DNA of 64,000 bases from a bacterium (GTDB lineage: Bacteria > Electryoneota > Electryoneia > Electryoneales > Electryoneaceae): NCBI GenBank assembly GCA_963675295.2, contig CAXXKJ010000002.1:1984001-2048000 (forward strand), read 5' to 3'. Below the pieces are notes generated by a model. The model was not told where the DNA came from. It did no database searches and saw only the letters and a list, made by a program, of their open reading frames with translations. Numbering within the stretch: position 1 is the stretch's first letter; every line of letters begins with the position of its first letter. The position numbers and the translations under genes were made by a program. Below, in pieces: positions 1 through 9,180 of this stretch.

Positions 1-49
1 CAAGGCACAGGGCGAACGAGGCAGGGACAAGAATTCGATGTGCTTTCAT
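1..49 (-). CDS. 5' end of a gene running off the window edge; probable signal-peptide-bearing protein (MKAHRILVPASFALCL...)
   Basis: Minus-strand ATG at 49 preceded by a GGAG Shine-Dalgarno (59-56); basic then hydrophobic N-terminus; not in the ORF track because it is truncated. Confidence 0.55.
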   Translation of the reverse strand, partial: MKAHRILVPASFALCL

Positions 50-143
50 GATATTCTCCGCTTGATTAGGCAGCTCATACAGAGCATAAGATGAAGAAGC
101 GGATTACCCATGTCCAGAGCAAGCGCAGACAATCCCGACAAAC

Positions 144-1469
144 TCAGATCTCCCGATCATACTCAATCTCATGCCCACGCACGGACTCATCAATCTGTCC
201 CTGCCAGTAGACACGCTGTCCCATCACCCACGTCCCCACCGGTACGCCCTGCACTTCCGTCCCATGCCACGGCGACCATTTCGTCTTCGTTAACTGGTTC
301 TTGTCGAGGATAGTGTGGGTCGCGTTCATGTCGATCAGCACGAGGTCGGCGTCGTAGCCCTCGGCGATCTGTCCCTTGTTCGCGAGGTGCCAGATCTCGG
401 CGGGTTTGGTGCTCATCCAGTGCACGACCTGTTCCAACGAACACCGTTCCCGGTTGACCTGGTTCAGCATCAGCATCAGCGAATTCTCGACGGCGGGAAT
501 CCCGGACGGTGACTTCGGATACGGCTGCGCCTTTTCTTCCAGTGTGTGCGGTGCGTGGTCGGTGGCGATCACGTCGATGGTGCCGTCCAGCAGCCCACGC
601 CACAGGCCGTCGTTGTCGGCGAGGGTCTTGATCGCCGGGTTCATCTGGATGCGGGAGCCGAGACGCGGGTAATCGTCCACGTTGAAGAACAGGTGATGCG
701 GGCAGACCTCGGCGGTCACCGGCGCGCCGGCCGCCTTCGCCTCACGGATCAACGGGACCTCGTCCGCGGTGGACATGTGCAGCACGTGGAACGGGTGATT
801 GTGCCGTGTCGAGAGGTCGATGGCGCGTTTCGTCGCGACGACAGCGGCCTCGTGGTTGCGGATCTGGCTGTGGACGGCGATGTCGACATCGGTTTTATCG
901 CCGACCAACTGTGCGGTGTTCTCGCGGACGAGGGATTCGTCCTCGCAATGGGCGCAGATGGGGAGCATCGTTTCGGCGAAAATCGCTTCGAGCGCATCCT
1001 GTTCATCCACTAGCAGGTCGCCGGTGCTGGACCCGATGAAAATCTTGATGCCCGGGGTACGTGTCGCGAATTTGAGCACGTCGAGGTTGTGCGGTGTCGC
1101 GCCGACGTAGAAGCCGTAATTGACCAGCGACTTCCCGTCGGCGAGGTCGAGCTTGTCGATCAGCGCCTCGAGTGTCGTCGTGGTCGGATTTGTGTTCGGC
1201 ATCTCGAGGAAGCTGGTGACGCCACCCTTGGCGCAGGCACGGGAAGCGGTGCGCAGGTCTTCCTTGTGTGTCAGGCCGGGATCGCGGAAATGCACCTGGT
1301 CGTCGATCACGCCGGGGATGAGATGCAGCCCGTCGGCGTCGATGACTTCGTCGGCGTGCGTGGTGCGTGGTGCGCCGATGGACGCGATTTTACCATCCGC
1401 GAGCAGGATGTTGAGCTTGGTGGTTTCGAACGGGAGGACGCAGGTCGCTCCGAGGATCAGGGTGCGCAT
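144..1469 (-). CDS. pyrC: Dihydroorotase (amidohydrolase family, QxH-type)
   Basis: Motifs [51 protein letters not shown]; start moved to ATG 1469 (MRTLIL). Confidence 0.88.
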   Translation of the reverse strand: MRTLILGATCVLPFETTKLNILLADGKIASIGAPRTTHADEVIDADGLHLIPGVIDDQVHFRDPGLTHKEDLRTASRACAKGGVTSFLEMPNTNPTTTTLEALIDKLDLADGKSLVNYGFYVGATPHNLDVLKFATRTPGIKIFIGSSTGDLLVDEQDALEAIFAETMLPICAHCEDESLVRENTAQLVGDKTDVDIAVHSQIRNHEAAVVATKRAIDLSTRHNHPFHVLHMSTADEVPLIREAKAAGAPVTAEVCPHHLFFNVDDYPRLGSRIQMNPAIKTLADNDGLWRGLLDGTIDVIATDHAPHTLEEKAQPYPKSPSGIPAVENSLMLMLNQVNRERCSLEQVVHWMSTKPAEIWHLANKGQIAEGYDADLVLIDMNATHTILDKNQLTKTKWSPWHGTEVQGVPVGTWVMGQRVYWQGQIDESVRGHEIEYDREI

Positions 1470-1627
1470 GGTTGCTTCCGGCAGTGAATTCGACGCCACA
1501 AGGTAGTGTCCTCCAGCGCGGATGTCAGTACCGATGGGTTGCCAGCATGGCCTTTCAGGGTGTAACGTGCGTCCATTGAACAAGTCAGTCACACCCCGGT
1601 GACTGGGGGCACGGTTTGGGAGGAGAT

Positions 1628-2284
1628 GTGAAGACGAAGGCGTTGTTGTTGACGTTGCTGCTGACGATGCTGGCGCTGCCCGCGTTAGCGACGGAACCGG
1701 TGTATGGTGTCAAGCTGGGATTGCACAACCCGAAGGCGACCACGACCGGGCTGCTGTTCGGTTTTACGGCCGGGTCGGAGATCGACGAACGGTTCGATGC
1801 TGGTCTCGGGATTGATTTCTTCCGCAAGACGTACACGGAAACGACGGAGATCGTAGATCCGAACGGTGGCGGCCAGATCAACCCGACGATCGAAGTACCG
1901 GACTTCGAATCCAGCGTCACCATGATTCCGATCATGGCGAATGTCAAGTTCAAGATTCCGATGGGAAGCGATTTCCAGTATCCGTTGCTGCCGTATGTGC
2001 AGCTGGAAGGCGGGTACGTGCTGAGCTGGTACGGTTTTACCAACTACGAGACAGACGAGGACGAGAGCAAGTTCTTCGGCGGTTGGGGCCTGCGCTTCGG
2101 TGTGGGCGCGATGTACCAGATCGGGTCGTCGTCCCGGGTGTCGCTGGATGTGTATTACATGTCGGCGAAACTGAGCCGTGAGGACGACAACGAGGAGATC
2201 GGCCGTCCGGTGATCACCGAATTGGATCTGAGTGGTGTCGGCATCCGCATTGGCCTGCTGTTCGGCGGCGGGAAGATCGAGTAA
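1628..2284 (+). CDS. Outer-membrane beta-barrel protein (OmpA/OmpW-like fold), secreted
   Basis: GGAG SD then GTG 1628; signal peptide ending ALA; alternating beta-strands ([31 protein letters not shown]). Confidence 0.75.
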   Translation: MKTKALLLTLLLTMLALPALATEPVYGVKLGLHNPKATTTGLLFGFTAGSEIDERFDAGLGIDFFRKTYTETTEIVDPNGGGQINPTIEVPDFESSVTMIPIMANVKFKIPMGSDFQYPLLPYVQLEGGYVLSWYGFTNYETDEDESKFFGGWGLRFGVGAMYQIGSSSRVSLDVYYMSAKLSREDDNEEIGRPVITELDLSGVGIRIGLLFGGGKIE

Positions 2285-2363
2285 GGCATTCCTGACTCCG
2301 GGGAAATGAGTGAATTCTCCGGTTGTGCTGGAACCTTGCGACACGATGAGTGTATGCTTAGAG

Positions 2364-2390
2364 CGAGCGGCGATGGTGCCGCTCGTTTTT
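2364..2390 (+). terminator. Rho-independent terminator after the OMP gene
   Basis: CGAGCGGC-gatggt-GCCGCTCG followed by TTTTT. Confidence 0.75.
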
Positions 2391-2407
2391 GTGCGGCAAC
2401 GCGAAGA

Positions 2408-2562
2408 AGACACCCATGAAACATAGCGTCCTTCCAGCTGATGAGGTGAAGTCCCGGGCACCCGCCCGGGGCCTGACCACGATTCCCGCGCTTTACGTGG
2501 CGGCTTAAACGGCGGTACAGAACCGCTCTGACAGTCTCCACATCCATTCCTTACTCTGAGCA
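2408..2562 (-). mobile_element. Candidate orphan IS110-family non-coding end with a truncated transposase start
   Basis: Structured intergenic segment (hairpins GCGGT-tctgt-ACCGC and CCCGGGC-gggt-GCCCGGG) followed by GGAAGG SD and ATG TTT CAT G GGT GTC; family assignment is from recalled resemblance only. Confidence 0.35.
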
Positions 2563-2612
2563 AACACTTCAAGAGACCTCGGTTGCATCGCGAAGAATCT
2601 CGCGGTTTCGCC

Positions 2613-2641
2613 TTGTTGTAGCGAAGGTGAAACGATATCTT
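2613..2641 (+). promoter_or_regulatory. Putative primary-sigma promoter of thrS
   Basis: TTGTTG-N17-TATCTT, 34 nt before the start codon. Confidence 0.5.
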
Positions 2642-2674
2642 CCCGGTTCAACTCAGGGGTGACAACGATAGCCA

Positions 2675-4660
2675 GTGAGCGAAAATATGTCGTACCAGAT
2701 ACAGTTCGAGAATGGCAACAGCGTGGATGTTGCCGAAGGTGTGCGTCCGGCTGACCTGTTGGAGGAGGCCGGTGTCAATCCGAAGAAAGTGATCGCGGCG
2801 AAGATCGACGACGAGATCGTTGAGCTGAACCGTGTGCTGCCACACGGTGGCACCTTGACCTACATCCCCAAATGCGACGGCAAGAAGCCTTGTTCGCCGG
2901 AGTCGCTGCACGTGCTGCGACACACCGCGGCGCATGTCATGGCGCAGGCGGTGATGCGGTTGTTCGACAACGTCGAGTTCGCCATCGGGCCGACCATCGA
3001 GGACGGGTTCTATTACGATTTCGACCTCGAGCATCGCCTCAGCGAAGAGGATTTCGAGGCGATCGAAGCCGAGATGAAGAAGATCATCGAGGCGGACTAT
3101 CCGGTCGTGCGGCAGGATGTCAGTGAAGAGGAAGCGTGGAATATCCTCGGCGAGCAGCGGGCGACCTTCAAGCGCGAGTTGCTGAAGGGGCTGGAAGGCC
3201 AGCAGATCAGCTTCTACTCGCAGGAAGATTTCACCGACCTCTGCCGTGGTCCGCACCTGCCGAGCACCGGCTTTATCGGCGCGTTCAAGCTGTTGAGTGT
3301 CGCCGGTGCTTATTGGCGCGGCAAGGAAACCAACCCGATGCTGCAGCGGATTTACGGCACCGCGTTTTTCACCGAGAAGGATCTGAAGAAGTACCTCAAC
3401 CAGCTGGAAGAGGCGAAGAAGCGTGACCACAAGAAGCTCGGCGCGCAGCTGAACCTGTTCATGTTCGACCAGAGTGGTCCCGGTTTCCCGTTCTGGCAGC
3501 CGAAGGGTGTGCGGCTCTACCGCGAGGTGGAGAAGTTAATGTACGAGAAGATGGATCAGTACGAGTACGACATGATCCGTACCCCGATGATCCTCAACGA
3601 GCAGTTGTGGCGTGAATCCGGCCACTGGGATCATTACCGCGAGAACATGTACTTCACCGAGATCGACGAAAAGGCATACGCGGTGAAGCCGATGAACTGC
3701 CCCGGCGGCACCCGTGTCTTCAACAGCGGATTCTACAGCTACCGTGATTTGCCGGTGCGTCAGGGCGAGTTCGGGCTGGTGCACCGTCACGAGAAGAGCG
3801 GAGTGCTCAGCGGTCTGTTCCGGGTGCGCAACTTCACCCAGGATGACGCGCACATTTACTGCACGCCGGACCAGGTGGTGGACGAGGTCGTCGGCTGCCT
3901 GAAGATGGTCCGTGATGTCTACGACCAGTTCGGTTTTAACGATTACAGCTTCGAGTTGTCGACCCGTCCGGAGAAGAGCATCGGCACCGCCGAGATGTGG
4001 GAGATGGCGGAAAGTGCCTTGAAGAAGGCGCTGGAGCAGGAAGGCATCGACTACCAGCTCAACCCGGGTGATGGTGCGTTCTACGGGCCGAAGATCGATG
4101 TGCACATCCGTGACGCGATCAAGCGCACGTGGCAGTGCGGCACCATCCAGGTGGACTTCTCGATGCCGGAACGGTTCGACCTGAACTACGTCAACGAAGC
4201 CGGCGACAAGGTACGTCCGGTGATGATTCACCGCGCGATCTACGGTTCGTTCGAACGCTTCATCGGCATTTTGATCGAGCATTACGCCGGCAAGTTCCCG
4301 ACCTGGCTCGCGCCGGTGCAGGCGGTTGTGCTGCCGATCAGCCAGGACAAGTTCGGTGAGTATGCGAACAAGGTGTACGCCGAGTTGAAGCAGGCCGGTG
4401 TGCGGGTCGAGGTTGATGACCGCAACGAATCGCTGAACAAGCGCATCCGTGAGCAGCAGAAGCAGTATGTGCCGTACATGCTGGTCGTCGGTGAACGTGA
4501 GATGGAAGACGGGACTGTCGCCGTGCGCCGCCGTGACGGTGTTCAGGTGAAGGAACCGCTCGCGATCAGCGAGTTCGCGAAGATGGTTGTCGCAGAGCAG
4601 CAGTCACGTGCTGTAGAGATGACCATCGGTGCGCCCGAGCCGGCTGCGGATCCGGCGTAA
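2675..4660 (+). CDS. thrS: Threonine--tRNA ligase
   Basis: TGS domain, HTAAH/DLCRGPH editing motifs, KPMNCP, HRHE, GAFYGPKID, HRAIYGSFERF, anticodon-binding domain. Confidence 0.98.
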   Translation: MSENMSYQIQFENGNSVDVAEGVRPADLLEEAGVNPKKVIAAKIDDEIVELNRVLPHGGTLTYIPKCDGKKPCSPESLHVLRHTAAHVMAQAVMRLFDNVEFAIGPTIEDGFYYDFDLEHRLSEEDFEAIEAEMKKIIEADYPVVRQDVSEEEAWNILGEQRATFKRELLKGLEGQQISFYSQEDFTDLCRGPHLPSTGFIGAFKLLSVAGAYWRGKETNPMLQRIYGTAFFTEKDLKKYLNQLEEAKKRDHKKLGAQLNLFMFDQSGPGFPFWQPKGVRLYREVEKLMYEKMDQYEYDMIRTPMILNEQLWRESGHWDHYRENMYFTEIDEKAYAVKPMNCPGGTRVFNSGFYSYRDLPVRQGEFGLVHRHEKSGVLSGLFRVRNFTQDDAHIYCTPDQVVDEVVGCLKMVRDVYDQFGFNDYSFELSTRPEKSIGTAEMWEMAESALKKALEQEGIDYQLNPGDGAFYGPKIDVHIRDAIKRTWQCGTIQVDFSMPERFDLNYVNEAGDKVRPVMIHRAIYGSFERFIGILIEHYAGKFPTWLAPVQAVVLPISQDKFGEYANKVYAELKQAGVRVEVDDRNESLNKRIREQQKQYVPYMLVVGEREMEDGTVAVRRRDGVQVKEPLAISEFAKMVVAEQQSRAVEMTIGAPEPAADPA

Positions 4661-4682
4661 CCGATAGCAAATCAAGCACGTC
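4657..4682 (+). promoter_or_regulatory. ECF-type promoter motif GTAACC-N16-CGTC overlapping the thrS stop codon
   Basis: Exact match to the two motifs upstream of the ECF sigma (63294-63397); lies just upstream of a terminator, so function is uncertain. Confidence 0.3.
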
Positions 4683-4683
4683 C

Positions 4684-4720
4684 AACAGCCGCGGCCCGAG
4701 AGGGGTTGCGGCTGTTTTTC
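4684..4720 (+). terminator. Rho-independent terminator after thrS
   Basis: AACAGCCGCGGCCC...GGGTTGCGGCTGTT followed by a T-run. Confidence 0.75.
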
Positions 4721-4790
4721 TCACCGGTACACATGAAACAACACATCCCATGAGGTATATTCCCTCGGTCAACGGCAAGGGGAGGAGATC

Positions 4791-5969
4791 ATGCTCTGGC
4801 GAAATCTGCTGCAGGCGATCCTGGTATCGCTTGTACTTACCACGGTCGCATTCGCGGCCGCCATTTATGACGAAGAAACCGTGACCGTTCCGGAAACCGC
4901 GGTTGTTGATGAAACCCTGATTCTGACGGGTGAATCGGTCACGATCTTTCCGCCGGTGGACGGTGACATCATCTCAGCGTGCCGGAACCTCAATCTGTTC
5001 GGGAACATCAGCGACAACGTCTTCGCCGCCTGCCGCTCGGCGGATATCCGCGGCAACGCCAACGATCTGCTTGTGTTCGCGCAGACGGTGAACATCAAGA
5101 GCGACACGACGGGCGACATCCGCGGTGCGGCCCAGACGTACAACATTTATGGGTATGTCGACGGTGACGTCATCTGCGCGGGCGAGTCGGTGTTCATCGG
5201 GCCAAGCGCAGTTGTTACCGGCGATGTCTTTGTCGGTGCGGGAACGTTGACCGTGCTCGGTGACGTGCTCGGGGATGTCAAGGGCGGGATGCAGTTTATC
5301 AACATCGGTGGTACGGTTCATGGTGACGTGGAAGCGTGGACCAACGAGATCCTGTTCACCGGATCGGGTGAGGTGCTCGGTGATCTTAACTATCACCGTG
5401 ACGAAGCGCTCGAGGTCGATTTCTCGCGCAATGTCCGTGGCCAAATCACTTTCGTCGAAGATCTTGAGCACGATTTCGACCACGACAAAGACGGCTTCAA
5501 TGGGTTCGCTTTTGGCTTCTTCCTGCTGCTGACAGCGGTTGTGACCACTTTCCTGCTGCTCTGGATCTGGCGGCGTGGGGTGGAGGGATCGCTGGTCGCG
5601 ATGGAGCAGAAAACGGGGATGAGCATTGTCGCCGGTCTGCTCGGCACAATCGCGCTGCCGTTCGTCGCGATCATCCTGTTGGTGATGGTGATAACGATCC
5701 CGGTCGGATTGCTGCTGCTGACGCTGTACCCGGTGCTGCTGTACCTCGGTTGGATCATGTTCGGCATCTGGCTGGGCAAAACATTGCTGGACGGCTTGAC
5801 CCGTCAGACGGTATCCATCTGGATCGCGGCGCCGGTCGGCGTGCTGCTTGTCGGAATCCTGGGCTATGTGCCGTTTGTCGGCTTTTTCATCGCGCTGGTG
5901 ACAACGTTGATCGGGATGGGCATGCTGATCATGCAGCTGCTTGGATTGCGAACGTTGCGGACGTGGTAA
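4791..5969 (+). CDS. Membrane protein with periplasmic bactofilin-like beta-helix repeats and a C-terminal multi-TM domain
   Basis: Signal peptide (AFA), repeated V-x-G-D-V/I units, about 6 hydrophobic C-terminal helices; GGAGG SD. Confidence 0.75.
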   Translation: MLWRNLLQAILVSLVLTTVAFAAAIYDEETVTVPETAVVDETLILTGESVTIFPPVDGDIISACRNLNLFGNISDNVFAACRSADIRGNANDLLVFAQTVNIKSDTTGDIRGAAQTYNIYGYVDGDVICAGESVFIGPSAVVTGDVFVGAGTLTVLGDVLGDVKGGMQFINIGGTVHGDVEAWTNEILFTGSGEVLGDLNYHRDEALEVDFSRNVRGQITFVEDLEHDFDHDKDGFNGFAFGFFLLLTAVVTTFLLLWIWRRGVEGSLVAMEQKTGMSIVAGLLGTIALPFVAIILLVMVITIPVGLLLLTLYPVLLYLGWIMFGIWLGKTLLDGLTRQTVSIWIAAPVGVLLVGILGYVPFVGFFIALVTTLIGMGMLIMQLLGLRTLRTW

Positions 5970-6107
5970 ATCATTCACAGGGACCGCGAGGGCAGTGCTT
6001 GCTTTCGCGGTTTCTGTTTGCTACCTAGCGGCTCCGATTTGGATAGGATACGGTTAGTTGCGTCAACGTCCCGCCGGTGTGGTCAGCTCGCGGCGGAATA
6101 ACATGAG

Positions 6108-7094
6108 GTGGACGTGGCGGAGAGGACAGAACGCGTGCTGGTGACCGGCGCGCTGGGTCAGATCGGTTCAGAGTTGGTGCAGAGCCTGCGCTCCCGTTAT
6201 GGTGGGGACCATGTGGTGGCGTCGGACATGCGCACGGATGCCGCCCCGGAGATCTGCGAAGGGGGACCGTGCGAACAGCTCGATGTGACGGATGGCAAGA
6301 AACTGGCCGAGATCTGCGATCGGTACAAGGTCGACACGATCTACCACCTCGCTGCGATTCTTTCCGGAGTTGGCGAACAGAAGCCGGATCTCGCGTTCGA
6401 CGTCAACATAAACGGCTTGAAAAACGTGCTCGATGTCGCGCGCGAGCGGAAGATGCATCGCGTGATGGTGCCGAGCTCGATCGCGGTGTTCGGTCCGACC
6501 ACACCTCGTGATAACACGCCGCAGGAAACGTTGCTGCGTCCGACCTCGATGTATGGCGTGACCAAGGTCGCCGGCGAACTATTGTGCGACTACTACTGGC
6601 AGAAGTACGGGCTCGATGTGCGCGGTGTGCGGTACCCCGGCCTGATCTCATACAAGACCCCTCCCGGCGGCGGCACAACGGATTATGCTGTTGCGATCTA
6701 CTACGATGCCATCCAGCATGGGAAGTACAACTGCTTCGTGTCGGAAGATACCGTGCTGCCGATGATGTACATGCCGGATGCGTTGCGTGCCCTGATCGAA
6801 TTGGCGGAAGCGCCGGGCGAGAAGCTGCGTTACCGGAACGCGTACAACCTCGCCGCGTTGAGTTTCTCTGCGGGTGAGCTGGCGGAGTCGATCAAGAAAC
6901 GGATGCCGGACTTTGACGTTGTGTACGAACCCGACTTCCACCAGGCAATTGCCGACAGCTGGCCGAAGAGTATTGATGACAGCGCCGCGCGTGAGGACTG
7001 GAACTGGCAGCCCGAGTATGATCTCGACCGGATGACGGACGACATGCTGGATGAACTCGGCAAGCGGCTGCAGCGTGTCGAGGTGGAAAGTTGA
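6108..7094 (+). CDS. L-threonine 3-dehydrogenase-like extended SDR (NAD-dependent epimerase/dehydratase family)
   Basis: TGALGQIG, YHLAAILS, PSSIAVFG, YGVTK, GGGTTDYAV, QAIADSWP motifs; GTG 6114 is an alternative start. Confidence 0.88.
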   Translation: MDVAERTERVLVTGALGQIGSELVQSLRSRYGGDHVVASDMRTDAAPEICEGGPCEQLDVTDGKKLAEICDRYKVDTIYHLAAILSGVGEQKPDLAFDVNINGLKNVLDVARERKMHRVMVPSSIAVFGPTTPRDNTPQETLLRPTSMYGVTKVAGELLCDYYWQKYGLDVRGVRYPGLISYKTPPGGGTTDYAVAIYYDAIQHGKYNCFVSEDTVLPMMYMPDALRALIELAEAPGEKLRYRNAYNLAALSFSAGELAESIKKRMPDFDVVYEPDFHQAIADSWPKSIDDSAAREDWNWQPEYDLDRMTDDMLDELGKRLQRVEVES

Positions 7095-7119
7095 GCGCTT
7101 GAGGTAGCGGAGTCAGCTG

Positions 7120-7156
7120 ACAGAGGGTTTCAGGCTTGTCTACAGAGGGTTTCAGG
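7120..7156. repeat. Short direct repeat ACAGAGGGTTTCAGG x2
   Basis: Copies at 7120-7134 and 7142-7156. Confidence 0.7.
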
Positions 7157-7159
7157 TGA

Positions 7160-7192
7160 GTCTGCCCCGACCAGCTTGCTGGTCGGGATTAT
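7160..7192. repeat. REP-like palindrome (GCTTGC-centred family)
   Basis: CCCGACCAGC-TT-GCTGGTCGGG; near-identical inverted copy at 45856-45887. Confidence 0.75.
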
Positions 7193-7359
7193 TCGAAGCG
7201 GGACATTGAGGGAAAGGATTCACTCCACGGTCGTCCCCCTCTCAGAACCGAACATTCAGCCCGCCGGTTGATGCATTGACGCAAACGGCGGGCTCAAGTT
7301 TGCATTGCATCCGGGATTCCCAACATCTACCTTTGTGGTTTTTCTTTTTGGAGCGAAAT

Positions 7360-8232
7360 GTGTCTCATCCACTCGTCGACATCGTCATCCCGGAAGCCCT
7401 CGTGCTGACCTGGATGAAGCATGAAGAAGAGCTGACCGTTGGCCCGTTCACCTTCCCGGCGAATGTGCCGGTACCGGTCGCGGGCGAGGGGAACCAGCTG
7501 GTGCGCGAGGGATGGCTGCAGGTTCCATTCGCCGGACGCCCCCCGATTCCGGGCGGCCTGGACGGCGAGGGTTCGCAGGCGGAAGGCAAGGAATTGCTGG
7601 AAGCCTTCGCCGGTGGGCACCTGGTTCCGGGCTCGAAGGATCACCAGTCGCTGGTGGATGAGGTCGGACGTGCGTTGCTGATTCACGCGGCATTTTGTGA
7701 CGACGCGAAATGGTGCGAGGAAGCGCGCGACGTGTTCGCCCGTGCGGGTGAGGGCGCGACGCTGTTTGAAATCCTCGTGCGTCGGGCAAAGGGCCGGATC
7801 GGCGAGGGTGTGCACTTTCTCGAGCAGCAGGACGGCGAACAGGCGATGTACGAGTACCTGCTCGCGCGTCTGCTCTACTTCGGCGCGCATCTGCTCAGCC
7901 CGACGACTCCGGGTGTGCTGTACGAAATGGGCGTGTTGACGCACGACCTGGCGCATCAGTTCCAGGTCGATGACGGGCAGGATCCGGACAACTGGAAGCG
8001 CACACTGGCCCGTGAGGTGGTGCAGTACATGTACCTCGCGCTGGTAGACGATGGAGTCCGTGACGAGACCCCGGCGCTGTTTCTGCTCGCGGCGAACCGT
8101 GAGACGGTTGGCGAATTGGAAGGCGCAACCTCTGACTATCAGCGGTTTCTGGAGACTCCGGCGGCACAGACCTACCCGCAGATCACGGAGGCCGCGAAGC
8201 AACGGTTGCAAGCGTTACAAGCCGGATCGTGA
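7360..8232 (+). CDS. Hypothetical helical protein with a TPR-like C-terminus
   Basis: GGAG SD before GTG 7360; typical codon usage; TPR-like tail (ALFLLAANRETVGELEGATSDYQRFLE); promoter TTGCAT-N17-TACCTT at 7305-7333. Confidence 0.65.
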   Translation: MSHPLVDIVIPEALVLTWMKHEEELTVGPFTFPANVPVPVAGEGNQLVREGWLQVPFAGRPPIPGGLDGEGSQAEGKELLEAFAGGHLVPGSKDHQSLVDEVGRALLIHAAFCDDAKWCEEARDVFARAGEGATLFEILVRRAKGRIGEGVHFLEQQDGEQAMYEYLLARLLYFGAHLLSPTTPGVLYEMGVLTHDLAHQFQVDDGQDPDNWKRTLAREVVQYMYLALVDDGVRDETPALFLLAANRETVGELEGATSDYQRFLETPAAQTYPQITEAAKQRLQALQAGS

Positions 8233-8393
8233 TACGTGGAAGATGTTGGCGGACAGGTTAGCGAAAAAGAGCATTACAGTGTAATTGTCTTTCGTTCTTG
8301 TGCAATCTGGCTCGCTGATGCTCCAACGAGGCGGGTATTCTCGTGAAGGCGCATGGATGAACGCCGAAGTGGGGAGTTGAACGATTTGATGTC

Positions 8394-8422
8394 TTGCTCG
8401 TCCGCGAGCCGGATATTACGTT
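8394..8422 (+). promoter_or_regulatory. Promoter of the yceD-rpmF-fab cluster (near-leaderless)
   Basis: TTGCTC-N17-TACGTT ending 9 nt before ATG 8432; no SD. Confidence 0.5.
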
Positions 8423-8431
8423 TGCTAGTCT

Positions 8432-8962
8432 ATGAAGCTTTACCTGACAACTCTGCGTGAAGGCCGTAACGAGGTTTCGGAAACGTTGTCGCCGGAACGC
8501 TTGGGCCTTGACGACGAAGTGTTCACCGAGCCGGTCACAGTCGCCGGAACGGTGGATTGGAGCGGGGATCACGCGGATGTTCGGCTGCACATTGAGGCAC
8601 CGGCCCATTTCGCCTGTGATCGCTGCGCGGAAGAGTTTGACCGTCCGGTGGCTGCCGATGCGATCGTGCAGGTTCTCATTCAGGACCCACCAGGCGATGA
8701 GGAAGATGACGAGGTGGACGGCATCGTCTACGCCGGGCGGCGGGGAACAAACGCCGACCTGACGGAAGAGATTGTCGACGCCCTGATGCTAGAAGTACCG
8801 TTACGGCGGTTGTGTTCCCCGGACTGCAAGGGCTTGTGTCCGTATTGCTACACGAACCTCAACGAGGGCACGTGTGAGCACGCGGGAATGGAGCAGCCGG
8901 CGGCGGATGAACCGCGCGGCGAGACAATCGCCGACAAGCTGAAGAAAAAGCAGCAACGATAG
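8432..8962 (+). CDS. yceD: DUF177/YceD family 23S rRNA accumulation protein
   Basis: CDRC and LCSPDCKGLCPYC motifs; directly upstream of rpmF. Confidence 0.9.
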   Translation: MKLYLTTLREGRNEVSETLSPERLGLDDEVFTEPVTVAGTVDWSGDHADVRLHIEAPAHFACDRCAEEFDRPVAADAIVQVLIQDPPGDEEDDEVDGIVYAGRRGTNADLTEEIVDALMLEVPLRRLCSPDCKGLCPYCYTNLNEGTCEHAGMEQPAADEPRGETIADKLKKKQQR

Positions 8963-8976
8963 AATTGAGGTGCATT

Positions 8977-9159
8977 GTGGCAGTTCCGAAAAAGCGTACC
9001 AGTTCGACACGGCGTGACAAGCGTCGTTCTCATCATGCATTGACTCCGGTCAATGTCAGCATCTGCGATAACTGCGGCGCTTATACACGACCTCATCGTG
9101 CATGCCCGGAATGCGGCCATTACAAGGGTCGTATTGTTGGCGCATCGCGCGAGAAGTAA
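8977..9159 (+). CDS. rpmF: 50S ribosomal protein L32
   Basis: MAVPKKRTSSTRRDKRRSH; CDNC...CPECG zinc ribbon; GAGGT SD. Confidence 0.96.
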   Translation: MAVPKKRTSSTRRDKRRSHHALTPVNVSICDNCGAYTRPHRACPECGHYKGRIVGASREK

Positions 9160-9180
9160 ACGGTTACCGGGGCGAGGGAC

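Noticed and set aside
2408-2452. Hammerhead-like words GAAAC...GTC...CTGATGAG on the plus strand
   Set aside because: Stems I and III would have only 2 bp each and stem II is out of register with GAAA, so the core cannot fold
2285-2675. T-box or riboswitch leader for thrS
   Set aside because: No T-box sequence or specifier loop seen; the likely promoter is only 34 nt before the start; GGCGATGGTG belongs to a terminator hairpin, not a fluoride riboswitch
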